From: a virus | IMG/VR virus record: IMGVR_UViG_3300049893_000773 | Span: 1-64,000 of that record | Reading direction: 5' to 3' (one strand) | Length of the DNA: 64,000 nucleotides | Shown: piece after piece, positions 17,222 to 26,866 of the stretch | Layout: each line of letters opens with the position of its first letter | How positions within the stretch are numbered: position 1 is the first letter of the stretch | Translations under genes and position numbers: made by a program | Notes under the pieces: generated by a model | Databases searched by the model: none | Told to the model about the DNA's origin: nothing | What the model saw: only the letters and a program-made list of their open reading frames with translations

Positions 17222-17800
17222 ATGAAAACCAAGTCCCTGAAAGAGTCTCTCTCCCCTGAAATGTCCTTGCAGGCCGAGCAACTGGCCGGTAAGGTCTTTG
17301 CCAGTGAAGTTCCTATCTTCGATGGTCAATCTGCTGACTACGCGGACTTGGCTGTCTTCCTGGGAGTGCTTCGCTCGCTCTACATGATTCACCAGACCCA
17401 CCACTGGCAATCGCAGGGGAAGGACTTCTACGGGGACCACCTCATGTTCCAACGCATCTATGAGGGAATTGCCCCAGAGATTGATTCAGTGGCAGAAAAG
17501 CTGGTTGGAGCCGGGGGAATTGCCTTGACCAACTACTTTGCTCAAATGCACCACATGGCAACCTTCCAGAAGATGGTCAGCGACAAGTCCAAGTCCCCCA
17601 CGGAGGTATCGCTGTTTGCCGAGATGGTATTCCTTGAAATGGGCAAGCTCATGCTCACAAGACTAGCAGAGGCCCGTAAGTCAAGGAAGGAATCCGGCAG
17701 GATGGCAAACCTTCTCAGTCCTGGCATCTCCAACATGATAGAGGGCATTCTCGACTTGCACGAGAGTCACGTCTACCTTCTCAGCCAGCGTCTAGGCTGA
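17222..17800 (+). CDS. Dps/ferritin-like protein
   Basis: HQTHHW...G.DFY.DHLMF..IYE...IDSVAEK ferroxidase-like motif; HESHVYLL. Confidence 0.75.
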   Translation: MKTKSLKESLSPEMSLQAEQLAGKVFASEVPIFDGQSADYADLAVFLGVLRSLYMIHQTHHWQSQGKDFYGDHLMFQRIYEGIAPEIDSVAEKLVGAGGIALTNYFAQMHHMATFQKMVSDKSKSPTEVSLFAEMVFLEMGKLMLTRLAEARKSRKESGRMANLLSPGISNMIEGILDLHESHVYLLSQRLG

Positions 17801-18163
17801 TCACTGCGGCATGTCCATGCCGTGACCACCACCGATGACTCGAAGATTCTTGGTGGGAATCCAAGCCACTTGGTTGTAGTAGTCGAATCGCACGGGGATA
17901 ATATGGACCAAATCGGCTCCTCCCATGGTTGGAACTTTCTCTTCCCCGACCAAGTGAAGTCGATTAACCTGCAAGGTTGCCCCGGCAATGGTTCCAAGGG
18001 TTCCACCCTTGACGCCACCCATGCGCTTCAGTTGAACGCCGCCGCTGCTCTCCTTGAGGTAATAGCCTTCAGCATCCGTCAATGGTTCATAGACCATGAC
18101 AGTTACGCTATCATCCCAGGTCGTTCCATCGCCAACCCGCACTCTATCTCCAATTGCCATCAC
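17801..18163 (-). CDS. Hypothetical protein
   Basis: ORF at the end of the minus-strand GroEL operon. Confidence 0.55.
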   Translation of the reverse strand: MMAIGDRVRVGDGTTWDDSVTVMVYEPLTDAEGYYLKESSGGVQLKRMGGVKGGTLGTIAGATLQVNRLHLVGEEKVPTMGGADLVHIIPVRFDYYNQVAWIPTKNLRVIGGGHGMDMPQ

Positions 18164-18336
18164 TTCACCTTTTTCAAGTATTTCGTGCCATCTTCGTTCA
18201 CAATGACTTTGATTTTCGACTCTTTTCCAGTCAAGGGAAGGATGTATTGAACGTCGAAAACCTTCTCAACGTCGATCCCAGACATGGCATAGATGTCCTG
18301 AGCGCTTTCCCGTGTGAGAATAACGCTCTCCTTCAT
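18160..18336 (-). CDS. Small hypothetical protein (58 aa, not in the ORF track)
   Basis: MKESVILTRESAQDIYAMSGIDVEKVFDV...KKVK*; overlaps both neighbours in translational-coupling style. Confidence 0.5.
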   Translation of the reverse strand: MKESVILTRESAQDIYAMSGIDVEKVFDVQYILPLTGKESKIKVIVNEDGTKYLKKVK

Positions 18337-18614
18337 CACTTCGCCTCATCGGAGGATGCAGGCTCTTCGCCCGAAGCTGCCTTTTTGGCAAGCATCCTAT
18401 CTTGCTGGATTGCCATGAAGGCTTGATAGACAAGCCTCTTGAGCTCCTCCCGCTGGATCTCGTCCCAAAGCTCCTCAACCTGCTCGACGGTCATCAGCAA
18501 TCCAGTCTTGTCAGCAATAAGCTCGGAAATTTCCTGAAAAAGGGCCGTCATTGCTGCCCGTGCTGCCTGTGCTTGTTCCTCGTTTTGTTCCATTTTCTTG
18601 CTTTCCTTTGTCAC
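18336..18614 (-). CDS. Hypothetical helical protein
   Basis: GTGA overlap with the GroEL stop. Confidence 0.55.
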   Translation of the reverse strand: MTKESKKMEQNEEQAQAARAAMTALFQEISELIADKTGLLMTVEQVEELWDEIQREELKRLVYQAFMAIQQDRMLAKKAASGEEPASSDEAK

Positions 18615-20347
18615 TCTTCATCCCCACTCATTGGGGCATCCTTCTCGTTGATGATCACACTATCGCACGTGAGCATCAGTCCGACAACCGACGAGGCGTG
18701 TTCAAGGGCACAACGAGTCACTTTCACAGGATCAATGATCCCAGAGGCAACCAAGTTCTGGAACTTACCCGTGGCGGCATTGTAGCCATAGTGAAACTTA
18801 TCCAACCCTGGGAGGAGGTCGAGCTGGAAATTAGTAAGTTCCCCGCCAAACTGGTCGTGATGGGAAATCGCCGCCTCAAGCTGGTTCATGACGACTTCCG
18901 CCGACTTGCCAGTATTTGACACGATCGTGTACAGGGGAGCCTTGCAAGCGTTCAGGATGACTTCCATTCCGGCTCGCAGGTCCGAATAGACACCATCCGT
19001 TAGCAAGTTCTTTTCTGCCAACTTGGCGGCATAGAAGAGAGCGCAACCACCACCAGGGACAATACCTTCCTTGACAGCGGCAATTGTGGCATTGTGGGCG
19101 TCTTCCACACGGTCCTTGCGCTCAAGGATCTCCGTTTCCGTAGAACCGCCAACCTTGACCACAGCAACGCCACCAGCAAGCTTTGCAAGGCGCTTGCGGT
19201 AACGATCAATGCGTAGGTCGTCCAAGGTGCCGTCCTGGGCTAGAGCGGCTCTGAGCATCTTCACACGCTCTTCCACGGCGCTCTTCAGTTCAGGATCAGG
19301 AGCACCAACGATCGTGGTCGAAGTCCTGGAGACTACAACCTTGGCTGCAACCCCAAGGTGATCAAGGTCCAGGTTCTTGAGTTGAACAGGGCTGGAAGCG
19401 TCCAGAACTGTTCCGCCGACCACGCAGGCAATGTCACCAAGGATATCCGTCCTGTTGTCTCCATAGGAGGGGGCCTTGACAGCGCAGCACAGCAGGTTTC
19501 CCTTGAGTCGGTTGACGATCAACGTCTGGAGGGCCGGTCCCTCCACGTCATCAGCAATGATCAAGAGGGAACGATCAGCGTTGGCGATCTTCTCCAGAAT
19601 CGGGAAAAGCTCGTCCAGAGACGAAATCTTTCGATTCGTGGCAAGAATCAGCGGGTTCTCAAGCTCAACCGTGTTCTTTTCTGGGTTGGTCACAAAGTAC
19701 GGGGACAGATAGCCGCCGTCGAATTGCAGACCCTCCACAACTTCCAAGATCGTAGAAGTGGACTTTCCGGGCTCAACAGTAATGATCCCGTCCTCCCCAA
19801 CCTTCTCAATGGCCTCTGCCAGGAGTTCGCCAATGTTAGTATCGCCATTGGCCGAGATGGTCCCAACGTTGATGATATCGTTCTTGGACTGCACAGGGGT
19901 GGCAATCCCCTTGAGAACCTTGAGAACCTCTTCAGTTGCTTGATCCATGCCCTTTTTGACATAGATCGAGTTACGACCAGAGGAAACCATCTTGATTCCC
20001 TCTTTGAGCATGGCATGAGCCAAAACCGTAGCTGTCGTGGTTCCATCACCAGCAATATCATTTGTCTTGCTGGCAACTTCCTTGATAAGCTCGGCTCCCA
20101 TGGAAGGAAGGCGATCCTTCAGGTTAATAGCCCTTGCAACCGTCACACCGTCCTTGGTGATCAGTGGAGCCCCAATTGTCGAGTCGATCGTCACGTTGTG
20201 ACCAGATGGACCCATGGTTGAGGCAACTGCCTTTGCAAGGATGCTGGCACCCTCATAGAGTTGCTTCCTGGCTTCATCACCAAAAACTACCTTCTGGTGA
20301 ACCCCTTGTGTTGCTGCCAAAAGTGCTTGTTGCGTTACCTTGTTCAC
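18611..20347 (-). CDS. groEL: Chaperonin GroEL-like
   Basis: TMGPSG, ITKDGVTVA, GDGTTTATVLA, EGIVPGGG, GIIDPVKVTR. Confidence 0.95.
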   Translation of the reverse strand: MNKVTQQALLAATQGVHQKVVFGDEARKQLYEGASILAKAVASTMGPSGHNVTIDSTIGAPLITKDGVTVARAINLKDRLPSMGAELIKEVASKTNDIAGDGTTTATVLAHAMLKEGIKMVSSGRNSIYVKKGMDQATEEVLKVLKGIATPVQSKNDIINVGTISANGDTNIGELLAEAIEKVGEDGIITVEPGKSTSTILEVVEGLQFDGGYLSPYFVTNPEKNTVELENPLILATNRKISSLDELFPILEKIANADRSLLIIADDVEGPALQTLIVNRLKGNLLCCAVKAPSYGDNRTDILGDIACVVGGTVLDASSPVQLKNLDLDHLGVAAKVVVSRTSTTIVGAPDPELKSAVEERVKMLRAALAQDGTLDDLRIDRYRKRLAKLAGGVAVVKVGGSTETEILERKDRVEDAHNATIAAVKEGIVPGGGCALFYAAKLAEKNLLTDGVYSDLRAGMEVILNACKAPLYTIVSNTGKSAEVVMNQLEAAISHHDQFGGELTNFQLDLLPGLDKFHYGYNAATGKFQNLVASGIIDPVKVTRCALEHASSVVGLMLTCDSVIINEKDAPMSGDEE

Positions 20348-20372
20348 TGATTAGTCTCCTGAGTTCTTCTAG

Positions 20373-20987
20373 TCACCAATCCACGTACACTTCTTCCCCG
20401 GTCTCCAACTTGACCTTACGTCGGCCCTCTGTGGGGCCAACGGAAGTAAGCTCTTCCATTGGGGTAACCATACGCTTGATATGGTCCCGGAGGTTTGGTT
20501 GAGTCAAAGTGGTAGCCTGGGCTCCACCTTGGATTTGAAGGGGGTGTGCACCCACTGGAGCGGCCTCGGTCACAACACTCTTCCCGTTGAGAATCTCATC
20601 AGGGTCGAGCTTGCCACCTTCACCCTCAAGGCTGTCTGCGGCCTCAACAACTTCACTGTCGGCAGACACCCCGTACCACTCCATGACTTGCTTCTTTGTC
20701 TCTACCACAAGGTCAGAGAGGAACGCCTCAAGCCGATCCCGAAGAACCTTCTGAAGCTCCTCCAGAGACTCATACACCTCTCCGTCAATACGATGCAAGT
20801 CAATCGTTGCTCGCTCATGCGCCGAAGGTCCAAAAGTGACCTTGTAGTTCATCAACTCATGAAAAGTTCCATCGGCCTTGCGAGTCTTTTTGTGGTTCTC
20901 TTCCACAACGATGGCTGGCACGACCTTCTGCTTCTTGTTGGAGAGGATGTAAAGGATCTTACCAATCGGATATCTCTTGCCAGCCAT
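20373..20987 (-). CDS. Hypothetical protein
   Basis: ORF with GAGG RBS directly upstream of groEL. Confidence 0.6.
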   Translation of the reverse strand: MAGKRYPIGKILYILSNKKQKVVPAIVVEENHKKTRKADGTFHELMNYKVTFGPSAHERATIDLHRIDGEVYESLEELQKVLRDRLEAFLSDLVVETKKQVMEWYGVSADSEVVEAADSLEGEGGKLDPDEILNGKSVVTEAAPVGAHPLQIQGGAQATTLTQPNLRDHIKRMVTPMEELTSVGPTEGRRKVKLETGEEVYVDW

Positions 20988-21002
20988 TGCTCATCGCCTC
21001 TT

Positions 21003-21200
21003 TCAGCGCCCTGGACCCGCCAGTTGCTTCATGTAATCCTCGGTCAAAACCAGGATCACCTCTTGCGAACCAGACTGGCGCTCATAGGGCATGAGGTCCA
21101 TTTCCTCAATCATTTTACGGAGCTTGACATCACGCTCATGCCCTCCGTAGTTCTGGAACAAATACATCAGCTTGTTCACAACCGAAACGTGCATTCTCAT
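21003..21200 (-). CDS. Small hypothetical protein
   Basis: ATGA overlap with the upstream gene. Confidence 0.5.
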   Translation of the reverse strand: MRMHVSVVNKLMYLFQNYGGHERDVKLRKMIEEMDLMPYERQSGSQEVILVLTEDYMKQLAGPGR

Positions 21201-21574
21201 TGCTTGGAACCTTTCTTGCTCTTCTTTTCAACCGCAGCCATCACTTTGTCCAAAATGGCTTGACCGGAAACTGTTGCTTCCTCTAGAGGCTTCATGCCCA
21301 GAGTGGTACGCACAATGTTGTTCAGGTGGGGAGGAAGCTTCTCCTTGAGAACCTCCATGTCCACGAACTTGTGCATCAAGGAGTCCACGATCTCAACCGG
21401 CTCCCCATTCGGCCCAGGTTCAGTCTCCCCTGTCTCCCGCCTCTCTTCAATGAAGATCACGGGCGGCATCTTCTTTCCGCTCTTCACCAGAATGAACGGA
21501 AACTGATTCGCCGGTTGTCCTGGAACCGGCTCATCATAGCAAATTTCAGGTAGTTCGTACTTCTCTTGTGCCAT
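21197..21574 (-). CDS. Hypothetical protein
   Basis: ORF; start placed at MAQEKYELP. Confidence 0.55.
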   Translation of the reverse strand: MAQEKYELPEICYDEPVPGQPANQFPFILVKSGKKMPPVIFIEERRETGETEPGPNGEPVEIVDSLMHKFVDMEVLKEKLPPHLNNIVRTTLGMKPLEEATVSGQAILDKVMAAVEKKSKKGSKQ

Positions 21575-21674
21575 TGTTACTCTCTCACTCTTTAAGAGCG
21601 CGGAAGAATGCGCTCCTTGAGTCATTCTTCTCTCTCGTGAGGAGCAATCTGTTTAGAGAATAACGGCTAACCCG

Positions 21675-21932
21675 TCAGGCGTTGGAATACTGCCGACGCA
21701 ACTCTTCCACAGTAGCATACTCCATGACCTTCGAAACCTTCACTTGGTCAAGGTCAAGGACGAAATGCTCAATCCTTGTTTCGGACCTCACAGGGACCAA
21801 AATGTTCTCAACTCCGTCGTCAGTGCCGAAAAGAATGGATTTACTAAAGGCGTCCATGTAAGATGGAATGTCCCTTGGTTCCAACCCTCTCACATCGGCG
21901 TAAACCACTCTGACAATTCGAGTGCCCTTCAT
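21675..21932 (-). CDS. Hypothetical protein
   Basis: MKGTRIVRVV..., ATGA overlap with the upstream gene. Confidence 0.5.
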   Translation of the reverse strand: MKGTRIVRVVYADVRGLEPRDIPSYMDAFSKSILFGTDDGVENILVPVRSETRIEHFVLDLDQVKVSKVMEYATVEELRRQYSNA

Positions 21933-22216
21933 CCCTCTTCCAGCCTCTCCAGGACCTCGACCATGGTGTCGAAGGTGTCCTTGCGATCGACCTTCTCCTT
22001 GACCGCCACGACCCGCATAGCGGCCTTCAGGGTCTTCATGTCGAGCTTGTCCTTGTACTCCTCCATCAGGTCCTTCTCGTCCTGCTTGAGAAGCTCCTGC
22101 TCGTTCTTCACACGCTTCATCTTCTCCACGAACTCCTGGATGATGGGCTCCAGGTCCGTGATGCTCGTGGGCATGGTGTCTACGCCAGTTCCTTCGTCTT
22201 CTGCTCGTCGTGTCAT
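21929..22216 (-). CDS. dsDNA-binding protein, GapR/DUF2312/T4 DsbA-like
   Basis: FVEKMKRVKNEQELLKQDEKDLMEEYK..LDMKTLKAAMRV pattern. Confidence 0.6.
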   Translation of the reverse strand: MTRRAEDEGTGVDTMPTSITDLEPIIQEFVEKMKRVKNEQELLKQDEKDLMEEYKDKLDMKTLKAAMRVVAVKEKVDRKDTFDTMVEVLERLEEG

Positions 22217-22336
22217 TGCTAAACCTCACGGCCAATCTAGCAAAGGGGAGAAGAGCTGTATACCGGGAAGAAAGAAATTGGGTTTTGACCACCAAAAACG
22301 GGCAGTGGAAGATAACCAAAGAGAGGAAAGGGGGGG

Positions 22337-23311
22337 TTACTTAATAGACTGAATAGTCTTGATCCCAGCCTCCAACTCAGCCTTGGCTTCAGGGTACTGA
22401 GCGGCTAGCTCCTGCATCTTCTTAATCCAGAACTCCTTGTAGGTCTCCTTGAGCTTTGGGACCATAGCCTGGGCCACCACCGGATTGTCCTGGGGAGGGA
22501 CTTGTCCGCTCTGGTTGAGTTGCTTCAAGGATTGTCCAATTTGAGCAAATCCCGCGTCGTTCTTGGCAAACTTCCTCATTTGGTCATAGGTCTGGGCAGA
22601 GAGGAAGCGCTTGACGTGGTTGACGATCACATTCACCCCATCGGTACGCATTTGCTTTGCCAAGGGACTCTCCTGAAAGGCGGCTTGAACTTTCTTGTCC
22701 CGCAGCACCTTCTGGATTGCAGCAGCATCTCCCTTGTCACCCTTGGCTTCAGTGACCCAGCCATCATCAGCGTAGCCACCACCTTGGGTTGCCCAGGCTC
22801 CAGCTTGGTGTCCACCTGGATCATGGAACCCAACGGAGGCGACACCGGAGAGAGCCTTCTGAACGTCCTTGAAGATGCCAGAGTCTCCCAGGAAGATCCC
22901 AAGGACCTTCAGGGCCATTGCAGGAACCTTGGCGGCTAGCTGGCCTGCCAGGACAGTGCTTGGGGCAAGGAGGAAAGCAAGACCGAAGGCATCATTGGAG
23001 GTGATAGCGTCCAGGTTGGCTTGGAGGGTCTTGCTGTACTTGTCTTTGATCTTCTCAACGATCTGAGCTTCGTCTTCCCGGAAGGACTCGTAGTCATACT
23101 CCAGGAAGGGGACGAAGAGGGTGGGCAGACCGTAGATGAACCCCTTCAGGACCGTTTGAACTTGAGCAGACAATTTTTCGATACCGTATGCGGCTGTGAT
23201 CCCCACATCGACAAAAGGTTGGATGAACGTGTTGTAAAGCTCGTTCTCAGCTTCAAGGAGAGCTTCGACCAGCTCTCGGATTTCTTTGTTTTTCGAACCT
23301 TGCTGCTTCAT
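22337..23311 (-). CDS. Hypothetical late protein
   Basis: Minus-strand TACTTA at 23336-41; N-terminal EIRELVEALLEAE helix. Confidence 0.6.
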   Translation of the reverse strand: MKQQGSKNKEIRELVEALLEAENELYNTFIQPFVDVGITAAYGIEKLSAQVQTVLKGFIYGLPTLFVPFLEYDYESFREDEAQIVEKIKDKYSKTLQANLDAITSNDAFGLAFLLAPSTVLAGQLAAKVPAMALKVLGIFLGDSGIFKDVQKALSGVASVGFHDPGGHQAGAWATQGGGYADDGWVTEAKGDKGDAAAIQKVLRDKKVQAAFQESPLAKQMRTDGVNVIVNHVKRFLSAQTYDQMRKFAKNDAGFAQIGQSLKQLNQSGQVPPQDNPVVAQAMVPKLKETYKEFWIKKMQELAAQYPEAKAELEAGIKTIQSIK

Positions 23312-23636
23312 TGGGGCTCTTTCGTCTCTGTTCGTTAAGTAGGACGAGTGCCCATCCCTTTTTCTTTTGCTTCCACCCAGGATCATGCAGCTTACCTGGA
23401 TCGAGTTCCAGCTTCACCCCCGTCTCTTGTTCCCAGTATGCCATCACCGCTCGATCGAAGTCATTTAGGACTTGTTTTTTGGTGCAGGGGTGTCTCGCTG
23501 AGAAAAGTGCCCGAGACGGGGTGGGGAAGTTATTGATGAGTTGACGCTTGATTACGAGATAATCGGACGTGGTATCTCCGATATACGCAATCACCTCGTC
23601 GATGCGCGGTTTCAAAAAGGGCGGGATAGTTTCCAT
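23253..23636 (-). CDS. Hypothetical protein
   Basis: ORF divergent from the portal gene. Confidence 0.45.
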   Translation of the reverse strand: METIPPFLKPRIDEVIAYIGDTTSDYLVIKRQLINNFPTPSRALFSARHPCTKKQVLNDFDRAVMAYWEQETGVKLELDPGKLHDPGWKQKKKGWALVLLNEQRRKSPNEAARFEKQRNPRAGRSSP

Positions 23637-23788
23637 TGCTGCTCAACAATCGCACTTTCTGCGATGCTATTTAGGACCAGCCTGGGACACCTACAGATAC
23701 CACAGACAAAGCCTCAACTATAGAATAGTCCAGAATACGGCTTGCATCCAGACAACTTTCGGTGTCACCAGGAATATAGGCAAACAAC

Positions 23789-25900
23789 ATGGCACCTCCT
23801 CGTGACGAATCATTCTTTGACCGCCTGACAAGGCTTTTCCGCTCAGGTCCGTCTGTTCGTCGCAAAATTCGGGGATATGACGACTCCGGGTATTACGACA
23901 AACAGGCCGTTCTAGCTGCCAGGGCAGGCAACGGGAACGGAATGATCCCGTTTCGCAAGGGAACCTCCCACAACTCCCCGTTTGCCATGTTGGGCGGCTC
24001 GGACATCATGAGCCGTATGACTCGGTACATGGAGTTTGCCGAGATGGAGTATACGCCCATCATCTCCAAGGCTTTGGACGTTCAAGCCGACGAAGCTTGT
24101 TCCGGGGATGAAAATGGCAAAAACTTCCACATCTACTCCGACAACCCAACCGTCAAGGAAGCCCTCTCGGAGCTGTTCTACGAAATCTTGAACGTGGACT
24201 TCAATCTCCGGGTGTGGATCAGGAACCTCTTGAAGTACGGGGACCTGTTCCTCTACAACGAGGTTGCCCCAGGCGTCGGGGTTGTCAACGTCATGGCTCT
24301 GAACGTCAATGAGGTTGAGCGGGATGAGGGCTTTGACGCCAACGATCCTTACGCTGTTCGTTTCCGTTGGCACAAAAACGGCCAAAAAGTCTTGGAGAAC
24401 TGGCAGGTTACCCACTTCCGCATCCTGGGAAATGATCAGTTTGCTCCTTACGGAACCTCGGTACTTGAGTCTGCCCGTCGTATTTGGCGTCAATACGTGA
24501 TGATGCTCGATGCCATGCTGGTTTACCGCTTGGTTCGCTCGCCTGAGAGAAGGGTGTTCTACGTTGACGTTGGAACTGTCGCTCCAAATGACATTCCGAA
24601 CTACATGAACACCGTCATGTCCACAATTCGAGGACAGATGGCAGTAGACAAGGAGACGGGTCGTCTGGATGAGAGGTTCAACCCAACGGACGTTCTGGAA
24701 GACTACGTGGTTCCCGTCCGTGGAGCCAACTCTGGCACCAAGATTGATACCCTTGCCGGTGGAACTCACCAGACCGCAACAGAGGACATCGAGATCATCC
24801 AGTCCCAACTCTTTGCCGCTTTGGGTGTGCCAAAGGCATATTTGGGATATGACGACATGCTTTCCTCCAAAGCCACCCTGGCCCAAGAGGACATCCGTTT
24901 CTCCAGGACGATCCAAATCTACCAGAAAATCATCATTTCCGAGCTGAACAAGCTTGCTATCCTTCACCTCTACGCCCGTGGATTTGAGGGAGAGGACTTG
25001 ATGGACTTCCAGCTTCGACTTTCCAATCCATCGTCCGTGGCACTTCAGCAGAAATTGGACCTGTGGAAGACCAAGATCGACATTATTGGAGCCGTTGATC
25101 AGATCGAGACCCGTTTCCTTCCAATGGAATGGCTCTACAAGGAGATCATGGGTTTCACCGAGGATGAGATCAAGGGTCTGCGGGAGAAGCTCAAAGAGGA
25201 CAAGCGCTTCGCTGTGGAACTGGATTCCATTGTTGACATGGACACCACGGGGGAGAACACCGTCGATCCATTCGACGCAACCTCCTACCTGCCCCCAGGA
25301 GGCTCTCCAACAATGGATACAACCCTTCCTTCCCCTCCGGTGGGTTCTTCCCTTCAAGGGGCTCCTCCATCGCCTACAGCGCCTCCAGATGCCCAACCTA
25401 CCACTTCCTCTTCCCCTGTCGCTCTGAGGCTGGGTAAGGGTGAGGTGCCGATCAAGGTCAACCCACAAGTCAGGATGGACAAGCGCAATCAGCGTCGGCG
25501 CAAGAGTGAGCTTGAAAAGCAGGCAAATCAGCCGGACTTCGCTGCAATGCTGCATCCGTCGAAGAATGCCTCCCTTCGTGACCTTTACGACCAGAACTTC
25601 TTGCGTGATCCCCTGGCCGAGCAGATTCGAAACGACCTTGGGGCAAACAAAGTTCGTATTCCCAAGGAAATCAAGACGATGCTTGAGAAGTTCGACAAGG
25701 CCACGGGCCGGTCGAAGATGCTGGTGGAACAAAGCCCACCTCCTCCTGAAGCAGATGGTCCAATGATCGACATGATCGAGGAAGAAATCGATTTCTCAGA
25801 CCTTCTTGAGTCCTTGGAGGTAAATGAGAGCAAATTGCCAACGTTTGCCATCTTGGCCAAACTTGGACTGGAAATCAAAGACGCAGAAACGGACACCTAA
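23789..25900 (+). CDS. Portal protein (T4 gp20-like) with a long Pro/acidic C-terminal extension
   Basis: YGTSVLESARRIW, YRLVRSPERRVFYVDVG, EDYVVPVRG, TKIDTLAGG, LGVPKAYL, EDIRFSR. Confidence 0.95.
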   Translation: MAPPRDESFFDRLTRLFRSGPSVRRKIRGYDDSGYYDKQAVLAARAGNGNGMIPFRKGTSHNSPFAMLGGSDIMSRMTRYMEFAEMEYTPIISKALDVQADEACSGDENGKNFHIYSDNPTVKEALSELFYEILNVDFNLRVWIRNLLKYGDLFLYNEVAPGVGVVNVMALNVNEVERDEGFDANDPYAVRFRWHKNGQKVLENWQVTHFRILGNDQFAPYGTSVLESARRIWRQYVMMLDAMLVYRLVRSPERRVFYVDVGTVAPNDIPNYMNTVMSTIRGQMAVDKETGRLDERFNPTDVLEDYVVPVRGANSGTKIDTLAGGTHQTATEDIEIIQSQLFAALGVPKAYLGYDDMLSSKATLAQEDIRFSRTIQIYQKIIISELNKLAILHLYARGFEGEDLMDFQLRLSNPSSVALQQKLDLWKTKIDIIGAVDQIETRFLPMEWLYKEIMGFTEDEIKGLREKLKEDKRFAVELDSIVDMDTTGENTVDPFDATSYLPPGGSPTMDTTLPSPPVGSSLQGAPPSPTAPPDAQPTTSSSPVALRLGKGEVPIKVNPQVRMDKRNQRRRKSELEKQANQPDFAAMLHPSKNASLRDLYDQNFLRDPLAEQIRNDLGANKVRIPKEIKTMLEKFDKATGRSKMLVEQSPPPPEADGPMIDMIEEEIDFSDLLESLEVNESKLPTFAILAKLGLEIKDAETDT

Positions 25901-25987
25901 ACGTGAGTTCTGGTTTTTGCCTAATTCGGTCAGCTAGTTACAAGCAACACCAAGGCGCGAGGGCAAACCTCGAAGGAATCTCCTGAA

Positions 25988-26866
25988 ATGTTGAAGTCCC
26001 CTACTTTGAAGCACAACAAGAAGCGAAATGTCGGCCTCCTGAACGAGTTCTTTGCTCGTTACATTGCCAAGGCCATCCTCGAAAAGCGTGATGGGGACAT
26101 TGAGAAGGCGAAAGCCCTCTACGCTCGTCACTTTCAAAAGGGGACGGAGATAAGCCGGGAACTTCGGTTGTTCACCAATCTCTTTGAGACTCGTGTGGAA
26201 TCGAGGGAGGCAGCATTCTCCTTGCTCAACCAAGTGAAGGAAGCATGCAAGCTTCAATCCCAGGCACGTATTGACCTGGAGAAGACAGCCCTTCTCCATG
26301 AGATCAATCAGACCTTCGGGGAGTGCAACTTTTTCGATCAGGAGATTGCTGAGTACAGAGAGTATGCCACGGTTCAGGTGTTGCTCAACCACTGGCGTGG
26401 TCGTGTGGTGACTGAGAACCTGAGTGAAGCTGTCCAGTTGGAAGACAAGCTGGTTCTACGTCTCACCAGCAAGTCTCCTGTCGTTGAAAGCAAGTCCTTG
26501 GAAATGCAGGAATCCGAGGTTGATGGTTTGGTTGTCAACCTGATGATCCAGAAGTTCAACCAAAAGTTCGGGTCGATGTTGAACGAGGAGCAGAAGAAGC
26601 TCCTCCGACTGTACGTCTTCTCCAAGGACAATGCCAATGCCAAGGAAGAACTCGTTCGTCTCTTGGAGGGACTCAAGGAGAAGTCTTCCAAGATGATCGA
26701 CACTGCTATGGCCAAGGACAAGGATGCTCAGAGGGTGAAGCCAAAGCTCCTGGAAGTCAAGCAGATGCTTCAAGAGACCTACCAAGACACATCTGCACCA
26801 GATGACTCCTTGGTAACCTTCTACATGTCCATCTCCAAGCTGAATGAGGAACTCTCCAATGAGTAA
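25988..26866 (+). CDS. Head-assembly-associated hypothetical protein
   Basis: LKHNKKRNVG N-terminus; located between portal and protease; TAGTTA at 25935. Confidence 0.65.
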   Translation: MLKSPTLKHNKKRNVGLLNEFFARYIAKAILEKRDGDIEKAKALYARHFQKGTEISRELRLFTNLFETRVESREAAFSLLNQVKEACKLQSQARIDLEKTALLHEINQTFGECNFFDQEIAEYREYATVQVLLNHWRGRVVTENLSEAVQLEDKLVLRLTSKSPVVESKSLEMQESEVDGLVVNLMIQKFNQKFGSMLNEEQKKLLRLYVFSKDNANAKEELVRLLEGLKEKSSKMIDTAMAKDKDAQRVKPKLLEVKQMLQETYQDTSAPDDSLVTFYMSISKLNEELSNE

